Below the pieces are notes generated by a model. It searched no databases. It had not been told where the DNA came from and was given only the letters and a program-made list of their open reading frames with translations. Positions 51,400-64,000 of a DNA stretch of 64,000 bases are shown one piece after another. Both the position numbers and the translations under genes were made by a program. The stretch covers positions 72,357,195 to 72,421,194 of the forward strand of contig NC_068983.1 of assembly GCF_001194135.2 (NCBI RefSeq), written 5' to 3'. How positions within the stretch are numbered: the first letter of the stretch is position 1; each line of letters opens with the position of its first letter. This DNA is from Octopus bimaculoides (lineage: Eukaryota).

Positions 51400-53060
51400 G
51401 TGTGTATAAATAATTGATTACAAATGTTTCAGTGTAGACAAAAATAGAACACTGAGTGCTCAATATTGAGAGTAGAGCTTCAAAACATTAAAATGAAAAT
51501 TCAAATTTTGTTACTCTGAATAGCATATCCGATGCTGTCAAGCAAAACCTGAACATGCATGAACATGTTTGTGTGTGTATGCACATTTCATACATGCACA
51601 AACAGATATACACACGCATATAGGCAATGTGACTTAAAGATCCCTGTAGAATTAATACAAACCAGCTAACAACTGAAATGAGATGAACTTTAAATGTGTA
51701 CTTCAACTTTCCTTCTATCTCCCACTTACACCTCCCACATCCACACCACAGCCTTCACACATCTCTTTACTGCATTTATTAACCCTTTCCTGACTCTAGT
51801 CCCCCTGTTGACTGTCACAGCTAAGGGTTTCCAAGATGGCTGGTCTACTACTCTGTCATTTATACTGTCAATTGCTTAGACCACTTGGGCAGTTGAACAA
51901 CAAATATCTAAACAACTGAAGATGATAGTTATTGTACTGTACCATTTTTAAAACAATGAAGCAAATTTTTTTCTTATATTTTAATCATTACATTCTCCCA
52001 TAATATATGGAACAGCATGCACACATGCATATAAAGATATTCACAATGAAATAGCAAATATGTATTAAAAATGTATGAAGACAAAACTGTAACAGTTTAT
52101 AAATTTTTTTTAAATGTGTATGTAATTTAAATGCTGACGAAATTTCTCTATCATCTTTTATGTGTTTGTGTATGTGTTTGTGTGTGCTTCTCTGTGTAGG
52201 TGCTTGTGTGTGTGCATGTGTGTTCATGTGTGTGTGTGTGTGCATGTGTGTGTGACTTGTTTCTCATTTTTCTATCTTTGGCTGTACTTAAAAATGTCAC
52301 ACACATATAATTTCATCATCATTCTTATGTCCATTTCTATGCTATAATAAGTTGGATAAGCTGTCACACCCTGTGTCAGGTCTTATTCAGAGTAACTGCC
52401 TTCTTAAGCATATCAGGGGACAACTTCACACACAAAATATTTAATGATAAAATGACATGAGAATATCTGTGTATTTTCAAGATGACTTTTACAGTTGAAT
52501 GCTCTGCTAATACCACCTGCCTTATAGAATGTACTGGCAGCCGAGATTATCATGTCTTTGAACAGACAGAAGAGGCATTTCAACCCTATATTGTTTCCAC
52601 TCTTTTACTAATTTCTTTACACGGTGTACTCAATGCATTTTATCAGCACCAGTGCAGTTGCCCTGTAACCTGCAAGACAAAAGATTCATCACTTCTCTAT
52701 AGTGTCTCCATTCATTCATTTAAGGCAATGTGACCAAGAAAATACTAGAAGATAAAGAGGAGGGAATGAGAATATAATGGAGAGAACAGTGATTGGAGTG
52801 AGATGATGGAAGAGGAGGAAGTAATGGAAAAGATACAGAGCCAGAGAGAAAGGGTATTATGGGAGAAATAAAATGGGATTTGTGACAAAGACATAGAGCA
52901 ATGAGAGAGTATGAAAGGGGTCTAACAGAGTACATTGGATATCTGCCAAGATGTAGATGGGGGAGGCAGCAGATATAAGTTTTACTGGATTATATACTGG
53001 ATAAAAGGTCTAAATGTGTGTGTATTAATTGATTCTGTTATTTATTTACATACGTACATA

Positions 53061-53941
53061 TGAGGGGGTAACCAAAAGAAACCAGAATTTTGCAATATTA
53101 TTTTATTCACTTAGTTTTACATGTTTACGCTCTTATCACCTTCAAAGTATTCTCCAGACGTGTTTGCCACTGTTCAAAGCAGTCCTGGAACTCTTGCAAA
53201 GTGATGCCTTTTAACGCCTCTGTTGGTTTTTTTTCACTTCTTCCACATCTGCAAATTCGATAGCACCGGCTTTTGTCACCAGTGATGACCTTCACAAAAA
53301 GGTCCAGATTAACTTCCAACTGTTCTTTTAGTTCATGACATGCATTCAGTCATAACTACTTTTTCATCTTCCATGTGCAAGTGAGGGACAATTTTGCTGC
53401 AACTCTTTCCATTCTCAATTTCTCACTCAAAATTCGTTGGCAGGAGCTCTGGACACACCAGTCATATTAAAAAGTTTGTCAATTGTTCAGTGATGGTCCT
53501 CCAAGATCTGTTCTTGAATTTTCATAATGTTTTCATTTGTTCAAAAGGTCAACAGATACCTTGAACAAGGTTGGTCTTCAAGCAACAAGTGACCATTCCT
53601 AAGGCATGAAACCCACTCACAAACTTGTGTTTTGCTCATGGCAGCATCCTTGTAAGCTATTAGAAGCATCACAACTGTTTCAGCTGCCATTTTCCCCAGC
53701 AGAAAACAGAATTTCACAGAAGCATGCTGTTCTTTCATTTCAGCCATTGCAAAAATCAATGAACAGAGGAGAAGCACTGCAAAGCAAAGACACACCACAT
53801 ACAGTAGGACTATAGTTGATGCCACTGGTCAGCAGACTAACACCCAAGGATTGCACCAAGTGGCTTCTAGCATCAGAAGCCTGAACTACAATGGGCTTGT
53901 TCCACAGAGAACATTTCTGGTTACTTTTGGATACCCCCTTG
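53061..53941 (-). mobile_element. Internally deleted mariner element with both TIRs and TA flanks
   Basis: TA|tgagggggtaaccaaaagaaaccagaa ... ttctggttacttttggatacccccttg|TA; MKEQHASVKFCFLLGK.AAET..SKTQVCEW; VITGDKSRCY. Confidence 0.88.
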
Positions 53942-54887
53942 TACATACACACATACATACACACATATGCACACACACATATACACATATGTTCAGACAT
54001 TTGTATGAATATATTTCTTTAGAACATCCATAAGTGCATATACAAATCTAAGATGTTTAAATAATAACATTCTTCATTAGTTAGATAGTATCATATTTTA
54101 CACTGAGAATCCTAACAAGAGACGAGTAGAACAGAGAGATATTTCAGTGATTGAATGCAGTACTTCTTGCAATGCAAACATATTCTGTCAATGTTTTCCC
54201 TTTACAAGTAATCTTCAATAGTTTCCAATAAGTTGTTAAAACAAAGGACAAAAAAGAAAACATGTTTAACTAGAAAGTGTGTTTCCTGGGCACATCTACT
54301 CGATAAATGCAACCAGATTACAATAGCAAGTTAGTTGGCAAGACATATATGAAGTTCTTTTGAGCAATAACTATAGACATAGCAATTGTAGTAATGAGAG
54401 AGACAAAGTTACTGCTGATATATACCAGAATTTTATTGAGAACTAGCTGAACTGAATAGATGCCTTAACATAATTGTATGAGTTTCCTATATTGACTTTA
54501 AACAAAAATAAATAAATCTTTATTGGAAGCTATGTATTTTTCTTTTCCAAACACTTTTCCAAAGATTTTTTTCTCTTTTTTCCAGAGTTCAATTGTTTTG
54601 TTAATTCAGGTATTTGCATAATTTTCAAACCATTTTATGTAAGAGTGGGATACAGCTTGTTTTTCACCTAGGCAGAGGCAAATATGTTAACGTAACTACG
54701 TTTCAGACATAATGTGATTATCATTGAAAAATTTTATTTGATACTAGCTATATTTAATCTCTCTCAGACAAAAACTACAAAAAGTTACACTTAACGAATT
54801 AAAGAAATGTTAGCAGATATTAAAAACTAATTGTTTTACTTTATCATTATCTTGAACATTACCATTTCAGTCATCATCATTATTTTT

Positions 54888-55221
54888 ATGACCGCACCTG
54901 TGCCAGATGGCACGTGTAAAAACATTCGAGCGAGATCGTTGCCAGTGCCGCCGAACTGGCTCCTGTGCAGGTGACACATAAAATACACCATTTTGAGCGT
55001 GGCCGTTGCCAGTACTGCCTGACTGGCCTTCGTGCCAGTGGCACGGAAAAGCACCTACTACACTCTCGGAGTGGTTGGCGTTAGGAAGGGCATCCAGCTG
55101 TAGAAACTCTGCCAAATCAGATCGGAGCCTGGTGTAGCCATCTGGTTTCACCAGTCCTCAGTCAAATCGTCCAACCCATGCTAGCATGGAAAGCAGACGT
55201 TAAACGACGATGATGATGATG
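54888..55221 (+). mobile_element. Young RTE 3'-end copy
   Basis: Near-identical to 50420-50771. Confidence 0.9.
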
Positions 55222-56500
55222 ACCATTTGCTGAACGCTGACATACATTTGGTGAGTCTCTAACACAGTATAACAACTTAAATCTTTATCCCTTGTGACCT
55301 CCCTGGGTGTCAAAGTATCATATCTGGTGTCAACTTTGTCTTTCATCCTTTCAGGGTCAAAAAAATAGTACCAGTTGAGCACTGGGGTTGATGTAATCAA
55401 CTTATTCCCCCTCTCCACCAAACTTATTGACTTTGTGCCAAAATTTGAAACCAATGTGAACTATTTTTACTTTAAACTCATATAATAACTAGCAAATAAC
55501 ATACATTTTATACTATTGGTACGTATTTTACATCACATGCCACCATATTAACATATCGACTCAAATAGTTCAGAGAACATCAAATAATTTTACCAGAAAT
55601 TATAACAATGTAGGAGTTTCTATATTCAGTCTGCTAGAATTAGACATCATATCTCCCTCAAACACCCCATGTTAAAATAGGAAGGACACATTGAATAATG
55701 TGATAAGTACACAATAACAGAAGCTGATCGTGGCTGGAATGCTTTTTTTTTTTTGATCATCAATTTGTGGGATCAGTGCTAATCTGGTGCTAAATAACAA
55801 AAATGAAATGTATGCAAGGCTTGTTAAATGGTATACATGAGTGTTACTGAGATGGCAGACAATATTTTTTTACATTTTTTTTTTTTTGCCTCCCATGACA
55901 CAACCTTCAGTATATGAAATAGGGATTGATACTGAAAGATCAAAAGACATAGTTAGACAAGCAACAGATTATACATAAGCTAGAATAATTAATAACTACA
56001 TCTGGCAGAAAACAATAAATTATATATAAGCTAGAATAATTGATAGCTACATCTGGTAGGCAGAGTTTCATGTTTTCCCAGCCACAATTCAGCTCAAACA
56101 CAACTAGCATGATGTTTCCAACAACTACAAAAGTAGCAATTACTCATCATCCAAGTATACTGAATATCTGGATATAGGCATAGCCATCTGGTTAAAAAAT
56201 TCAGTTCAGCAATAATGTTGTTCATGGTTCAAATCACACTGCACAACACTTTGCACAAGTATCTCCTGTCATAGCCTTGGGTTAACTAAAATTGCCTTAT
56301 TAGTGAAATTTAGCAGACATAAGCCTGTCATGTTGTGTCTGTGTTTGTGCGCATACACAGCACATTTATATCAACATAAGGGGAAAAACAAAACAATCAG
56401 AGAGGAACACCCTGTAGTATTCATATTACAATGAGTTATCTCACCTCAAGGCTGTTATTACTTTGAATTTTTATATATTACAAAAAGAGTAAATACGTAC

Positions 56501-56569
56501 CAGACAAAATATAATGACTGTCTTAAAACTCTTGAAGATGATGTTTCAGAATGGCAGAAATCAATTAAA
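56501..56569 (-). CDS. Candidate exon (LIDFCHSETSSSRVLRQSLYFV), phase 2-2
   Basis: Acceptor gttcttattttag, donor ctg|gtacgt, single open frame. Confidence 0.25.
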
Positions 56570-57877
56570 CTAAAATAAGAACTACTGGAATCTATTTTAT
56601 GAATTGTACAGGACTAAATGTTTAAGATGAATTTACCAATACTGCACACTGCTTTAAAGATTCCAATTGTGGTTTTTCAAACATTGAGCTCTTGTCAACA
56701 ACTATAAAGGAACTAGTTCATATCCATTTATCAATGAGAAAATAAAATTTAAACAACACAAATCCCAGCTGTAACACTATTTAATATTTTTTGGAGTAGA
56801 AACATAATCAGATAGTTGTTTGCTACCAAAGAAAAAGAAAGTATTTTACACAAAATAGCTTCAAAAGAAAAACTGCTTTGATGTCTCAATTTGATTGCCA
56901 AAGGATAAAACGAATTGTAAAAATCTAATTGTGGCTGCACAATTTTCTCACATTTCTTGCATTCTTACTGTGGAAGCAAAATGAACTAGTTGACAAACTG
57001 CATTCAACTATTCTAAATCTATCTCTCAAAGTAGAAAGAAAAAAAGATTTAAAAAATGGCATTTAGAATAATCTAATATTGGGAGAAATAAAGAATGAGA
57101 ATTATGAAAGAAAGAAGAGTGAACAAATTTCATTGGTGTTTTAACCTTTTTCTTAAGTTCAGATGAGTAAAGGGTGTTAGGAGAAATAATTTAGAGGTAA
57201 CTAGAATCTCTTTAAAAATTACCAAGATCCAAAAGAATATGAAATGAATGAAACATAATACACAATCAATGTAGATTTTGTTAGAGAGTGTGAACATGAA
57301 TAAAACAGGTTTTGAAAGATATAAAGAGATTACAAGGCATCTAAAGATGTTAGGGGAAAAAATTGTCTTTCTTTACAGTGATTTTACAAAAGAATTCAAG
57401 TAAAATAAATCTGAGGTTTTAAATAAAAATTTGTTGATGTGAGAAAGAAATTCTTCTAGTTAATGAAGACTTTTTTTTTACATTTAATCACAAAAGACTA
57501 TGTGCAGGAGGTCCTCTATTTATTCATTTTCTCAAACATGGAAGGCTACAACGAAGTGAGTGATACAATACTTGTTACCTTAGAAATTATGATATTGCTA
57601 AGCTAACGTAAACAAAAAAAATCTCCACATTTGGACAATAAACTACCTTCACTGCATCTGAATAAGATTATAAACAGAGCAAACAACAATATACTCCATA
57701 TACAGTAGTGGACCATTAAAAATATTATTAGAAAGATCTTTTCAACACAATGTAACAGTTGGATAGAGATATGTTTTGACATTAAAAAGGGAAAAACATT
57801 TTCTTGTACATTTACATATATAAATATACATGTGCATGTAGTGTGTGTGCATGCATGTATGCGTATGTGTACGTACA

Positions 57878-60599
57878 CTAGCTGAATGACCCGGCATTGC
57901 CCGGGTTATTGCTGTTCTTATTCAGATTAGTAAACAATAAATATAAAGATATATTCTCATAATTATTTCAAGATATCTATATTTTATTAAAAAGTATCCA
58001 AATTGTAATGATAATAGAACTTAGAATGGAAAATCTGTCAATGTTAAAGAACCTCAGGGTAAACAATATTCATTGTGTAATTTTTTGTTGGTGTTAAAAT
58101 GAATAAATCGTTGCTGCTTCCAACTCACAAGTAAGCACCACAGAGTTGGCCACGGGAGAAGCCTGTAGTAAAGAGTTCAAGTGTAACCACCTTGAGGGAT
58201 TGACCCTGAGTTTTGTTAATTGAAATACCAAAATTTAGTTTCACTGGAAACAGAAGTGTCTTAAATTCAAATGGAATATCTAGGTATGAGAGGACTTTTT
58301 GAAATAGACATTTTCTCCTTTGTGACTACCTGTTATGATTTTTGCCAAGTAGGACATGGGGCTTCATGGACGTAACAATTGAGTTCTGTTACACACGTGA
58401 GATGGATCAAGATTCCTAAGAAACATAATAGGAGCACCCAGCTTTAGTGTCAAGTTATGTGATGGCATCCTAGTGTGTTCAGAAATTCAACAGAGCATTG
58501 AACTGCCTAATCTTGATCAATTGTTGTCAATTGATTGAAAAGTCATTTTTGATGTATCTGTTAACTTTTGAAGAAGTTCATGATTGAGTTTATCAACCAT
58601 TTCATTAGTTGGAGCTAGTATAACTCATTCACATAGCCAGTTTACATCAGTGTAATTGATAGATAAATTAGAAAATACTTTATCCATAAGATCCCTAAGA
58701 GAAGGTATCATTTGACTACATATAATTCCATGTAGCTGAAGTCTCGAGTTGAAAGTTAATATCCTATTACCAACCTTAAGAAGCTCATATGATCACCTTG
58801 TAGAAGTACTCTAGCATTGCTTGTTAGATGAAGTTTTTTTTCACATGTCTCTAAAGGTACGATTTTTTTAAGCATGCATTGACTTCATCAGCTTTAGATC
58901 CTTTGGGGATAACTGGCAACGTTTGATGAAAATCTCCTGCAAAAAGAATTGTTACTATTCCCATGAGCATGCTATTGTTTTTTTATGTCTTGGAGGGTAT
59001 GGTCAAGTACCTCTGGAGTTCCATGATAGTGTACTCATCCCCAAACAATGAGGCAAGTTTGCTGGAGAACTGTTGCCATTGCAGAGTTTTTGGAAATGTT
59101 GCACATTTGAGATTCTTTCATTGCAAAGTTTAGAGGGAGCTTGAACATGGAATGAACAGTTTTTCTCTCAATGAAGAAGGTAGCTGCATTACCAGAAGAT
59201 GCAACACTGAAAGAAGGTTAGATTTTATTTCCTCTCATTTAGGATTGCAGGTGAAAGTGACAAAAAGATGTCCTGACATATGTCATAGCATCTTGTGTTC
59301 ATTTACGGATATTTCAAAGACCACCTGCGAATGATGATGGGAGGATTGTAGTGTTGTCCCATGTTTTAAATATCACCATCTGTCCTCAGAGCATCTTGGA
59401 GATGAATATAATTCTTAACCCTTAACCATTTTTGATCATTACGAATGTGGAGGAGATGCTCACTCTCAACTTTAGCATACATATCAACCAGGTATTGCTG
59501 AAATAGATCATAATACTTGCGTAACATCAGTTGGTAAGAATAGAAGTCATTTGTCAACACCTTTTTATTTGTAATTGGCTCTCCCATTGCAGGTTCAATC
59601 TGTGGAATAGTGAAATGATGCCTATCTTGTCCATTCCATAGAATAATAGGATACTGAAGAGCATCATAAGAGGGATAAGTCTCTGAAACATATTTAAAGT
59701 TGTTATCTTGAACTGTTAAAAAAGCATTACCTTCAAACTAGTTATAAGGACTGGAATAACGTTTCTGTAATTATATTGAAAGAGCCACTAAGGCTTTCTA
59801 CTTCACCAATTTTCTGAATTTGTTATAATAACCAGAATAACATTTTTCTTTTTCAGATATATTTGCAAGTGTTGTAAGAGCTGTCAAATCAGTCAAATCT
59901 TCATGTTGGTTATAAAAACCAGAATAATATTTCAGCACATAAGTAGTGATAATCGCTAATGCTGTTTAAATTGCAGATTTCCATAATGAAAAGAAAAATC
60001 CAAATAGTGGTACTTCAAAGTGAACACTGTTGTTCGTTCAACATCCAGGTCGCAACTAAAACTAAACTCTTTCAAAATCGGCACATTTCACTATTGGGCA
60101 GTACAGTCACATACATATACAAAGACAGACACACACAGACATACATTCATGCACACCTCAGGCCTATCTCTGTCCCTCTGTGTGTCTGTTGCTGTCTTTA
60201 GATGTGTGTATGTGTGTGTGTCAGTCGTCACAAAAATGTATGTATACTGACACACACATACACCATCACTTACACTCACACACATATACTTCTCAGTCAT
60301 CAGCTTAATGTATGTAACGAACATGCAAACACACTGACAGAGATATATACATTCATATAGAAAATGTGACATCATGGTAGTGGTAGTGTAAAATATTGTT
60401 TACGATAGTTGACTCAGAGAAAGATTATAGTATTAAACTTTTGTAATGCAAATATGTAAATGAAAATAGAGTTTATTTGGCAGCCAAAAGATTACTGAAT
60501 TTTTCGATACTCCATACGTCAAAATCAGCAACTAAGTTTTCAAATGCATAAGGAACATACACACAAATGCATACACAAACTCTGCTTTATGTATATAGA
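57878..60599 (-). mobile_element. Helitron with both termini and decayed Rep/PIF1 helicase remnants
   Basis: 5' A|TCTATATACATAAAG at 60599; 3' hairpin acccgggcaatgccgggt then CTAG|T at 57878; Rep-like FYSYQLM..LFQQYLVDMYAKVESE (59366-59587); helicase PFEFK..FPVKL.FGISINKTQGQSL..FSRGQL (about 58090-58310). Confidence 0.9.
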
Positions 60600-60938
60600 T
60601 ATATAGTCCAACCAATGCTAACATGGAATATGGGTGTTAGATGATGATGATGATGATTATTATTAAATATACATATATTCTTTGATTTTTTTTTATTCAT
60701 TTAAAGCCATGTGTCTGCAGTTATGCTGGAACACTGAAACAAAAATAAACTGAGATAATTCAGAGAGGCCAGTGGCATGTATTTGAATAGTGTGGGCAAA
60801 TACAGGTACATCAAATATCATAGAGTATAAATTCTTGATTTATTAACATTAGCTAGTCTCAGTTGCCTTATGTTACAATTACCATATGATAACTGAGACT
60901 CGCTCCATATGAGAAGGAGTGTTTATCTCAAGAATTAT

Positions 60939-60977
<39 letters not shown>

Positions 60978-60991
60978 TATGTATATATATA

Positions 60992-61150
60992 TCATCATCA
61001 TCATCGTTTAACGTCCGTCTTCCATGCTAGCATGGGTTGGATGGTTCAACCGGAGTCTGGGAAGCCAGCAGCTGCACCAGGCTCCAGTCTGATCATGGCA
61101 GTGTTTCTACAGCTGGATGCCCTACCACTCTGTGAGTGTATTGGGTGCTT
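60992..61150 (-). mobile_element. RTE 3'-end copy
   Basis: catcatcgtttaacgtccgtcttccatgctagcatgggttgg. Confidence 0.85.
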
Positions 61151-63180
61151 TGGAGAGAGAGACATTTTTGAATAAAATTATAAAATTCAAAACCACAACT
61201 TAACCTTGTCTGACTTATGATAAGGTATGATACGTTGAAACAGCTACATTGTTGTAAGATCTTAAAAAAAAAAAAATTAACAAGTGTGTGTGTTCATACT
61301 TACACACATATGAGGATAAGTTATTAATTGCACTTATTGACAACGAAATTAGTTGCATGCACATCAGCAGATCTGAGCCCCATTTAGTTGCTGCTATAAT
61401 TAAATGGGTGGATTGCTAGAATTTTTGAAGTGGTCTGAAATCTTGCTAAGTAATGAAATTGACACATGGAAAAAGACAATACTCATCCAGAAGAGTTGGT
61501 GTGAGAGGTGGTGAGAGAAATGGTTGATGGTGTAATATAAGTTAAGCTTTCATCATTGAATGCTTTCATTCTTTATTGTAGTCTAATAAATGTAAACTTC
61601 TTTTATTTTAATTTTCTAATGATATGTTTGAACTGCTTAATGATAATGAATAATATCAGCGGTGGTAATGTCATTGAATTTCCTTTAAAAACGAACAAGT
61701 GGCAATCAAAGTGAAATGAAATGCTTCCATATTAACGAATGCCTTCATTTAATTTTTCAACAGCAACACTGTTACAGAATTTAGTTGTTTTATAAACCAT
61801 ATATACCACCATTTCTAATATACAGAAAAAATTAGGAAAACAAGGTTACAACAGTCAAAGAGAGATTAAATGTCTTAACCATTGCTTAGGAAAAAAAAGA
61901 AATTTTCAGAAAATATGGAATAATTTTTGGTTTGCAGCTGGGCCTGAAATTGTAAGGAGAATTAGTTTTTACTTAAAGTGAGGTTAAGTCACTATTTAGA
62001 AATTTTAGGGGCTGGTTGTCATCATTATTGTGTACAACATCACTTCCACTGGATAGTTATCATTCACTATAGTGGACACCGTCACTTCCATTGGGCAGTA
62101 AGGGGTTGACTTCTGCCAGTTGACATATAAGACTTTTGGTTTGTCAGCAGCAAGGGGTTAATACATGTGTATGGGTTCTGTTAATTTCTCTGCAGCATAT
62201 GGGACTTCATTATTTGTAGAATAATTTTGTTAGGATGTTTGTTTTAGTAGTTTTCAATGTTTATAGTTCTTAGGTGTACATGTTGATATAGACACCATAT
62301 ATACTTGTTTATTCTATAATGTAGATATAGTTTCAGTTATTCCCAGATAACGAGCACGTTGGCTGTTTAGTTAGTAATGGATTATTTAGTCCCTTTGTAA
62401 TTGTTTTAGTTACATAGCTTTTTGCCTTGTCTTTATTGTTTTTATATTTTTTATACATAATTTTATATTTAATTTAAATCTAATTCCATTTTTACTTATT
62501 TTATTTCATAGTTTTCTTTTCTTGTTTCTTTTGTTTTACTTTTAGTAGCAATGTATTTGGTTATTTCATAATCTTTTATCTTTTATCTTTTACTTGTTTC
62601 AGTCATTAGAGTGCAGCCATGCTGGGGCATCAACTTAATATTGAACATATTTTATAGATATTGATCTATGCTTGTCTTTTTCTTTGTACATTATTCAAGG
62701 ACATTGGATATGAGATATACTGTTCCACTAGTTGTTATTAGGCTTCTTTTTGACATGGCATCATGTTTGTGATGTGATATAGATTGATAAACAATGTATC
62801 TAGTTACCTATTGTTGTATAGTCTATATGTTTTAAGTTCTTGATTAACTGTTCCTTGGGCTGATGTTATGACAAGCATCAGAAGTTGAACAGCTTGTTCT
62901 TTTCTTTTAACTTGTTTCTTTGTATTGTAATTCTTAGGAACATGATGTGTTTTTTCGGAGTAAGTTCTTTGTTGTACAGGTACTGTTTTGAAACTAAACG
63001 TTAATACTAATTGTTTACAAAAAGTTCACAGGCTGACAGTGAAGGTGAGATGCAAGAGCTGTGGAATCTTATTTACAATAATTTCAAAACTTCTTATTAA
63101 TAACTGCATTATATCTTTCTAGGTAAAATGACATCTGATTATTCAGAGAAACTTCAAATGTAACTGTTAGCAAATTTCAC

Positions 63181-63505
63181 TTGAAAATCAACAAAATTAG
63201 GCATCATGCCATAATGAAATCCCTGCAGAAAAAGGATTTAGCTCTCAAAGACATTCATGCTGACATGGTTGACACATTCGGGGATGACACTCCAGCTTTA
63301 TCAACAGTGCAAGACTGGCAACTGAATTTAGTAGGGGAAGAGAGAGTTTTGAGAAGATTCATGGTCTGGACGTCTGCAGCTGCCACCACCAAGGAAAACA
63401 TTGATTGTGTTTACCACGTGGTGATGGATGGTAGGTGATTGAATGTAAAGCAAATAGCCAATGTTATTAGCATATCTTCTGAGAGAGTGGAGAACATTCA
63501 CATTC
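63181..63505 (+). mobile_element. mariner transposase N-terminal remnant
   Basis: RHHAIMK...KDIHADMVDTFGDDTPALSTVQDW..TTKENID.V..GR*LNVKQIA..ISSERVENI; ends at a (TA)n tract. Confidence 0.75.
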
Positions 63506-63545
<40 letters not shown>

Positions 63546-63549
<4 letters not shown>

Positions 63550-63876
63550 AGGAACGACCATGCGAACTCAAAAAGGAGAAATGGTGACGAATGGAAAAAC
63601 AGAGGACTCCTTTTATTTAAACGTGTCACACGGTCGAACACAAAATATATATATCAAATGATGATATACAAAATATATGTTATGCTACGATAACATATGT
63701 GACCAGTAATGAAAGACCACAACCGTATAAGATGAATAACAGAGATATTTATTGTAGCGTTAAAGATGTATGTCTGTGTGTGAGTGTGAATGCGACATAT
63801 AAGAACATAATAAAAGACAGGCCGTCATACAAAGAAAAGTATGTATGTGAGTGATACATGTATGTGAAATGTTACA
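63546..63876. mobile_element. Possible solo LTR
   Basis: TGTAA...TTACA ends, CpG-retaining, inserted at (TA)n; no matching TSD. Confidence 0.25.
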
Positions 63877-64000
63877 GCAGATAGAAAGAGAGTCAATAAC
63901 ACGTGAGCAATTTTATACCAGTTCTTGTGTACCCAATAGTATGAGTCTGTATGTGAAGTGAGGGGAGGCTGAGTGTGGCAGGGCTGATCACTAGTTGTGA

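Noticed and set aside
52522-52669. Minus-strand exon-like segment after a strong ttgtcttgcag acceptor
   Set aside because: All three frames hit a stop within about 17 codons of the acceptor; no good donor before them.

Overview
AT-rich eukaryotic scaffold with five N-gaps, dense in microsatellites and interspersed repeats. The repeat landscape resembles an octopod cephalopod genome (inference from recalled repeat families; not database-checked). The window reads as intronic or intergenic DNA packed with decayed mobile elements: hAT (SPIN/Charlie-like), two Tc1, two mariner, pogo-like, piggyBac-type MITEs, a Helitron with both termini, a HINE/DINE-1-like element, R4/Dong-like and RTE LINE fragments, Penelope-like fragments, and at least three tRNA-derived SINE families. 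There is no CRISPR, rRNA or intact tRNA, and no host gene I can name. A few minus-strand exon candidates have good splice signals but an unknown product. Most ORFs in the supplied track are microsatellite or repeat artefacts. The most notable observations are two degenerate hammerhead-ribozyme folds (probable Penelope pseudo-LTR relics), an RTE insertion with a twin-priming-type 5' inversion, a 44-bp near-palindromic hairpin, a Penelope endonuclease end abutting a tRNA-like Pol III head, and a phase-consistent exon chain containing one in-frame TGA. I found no convincing novel multi-gene system.
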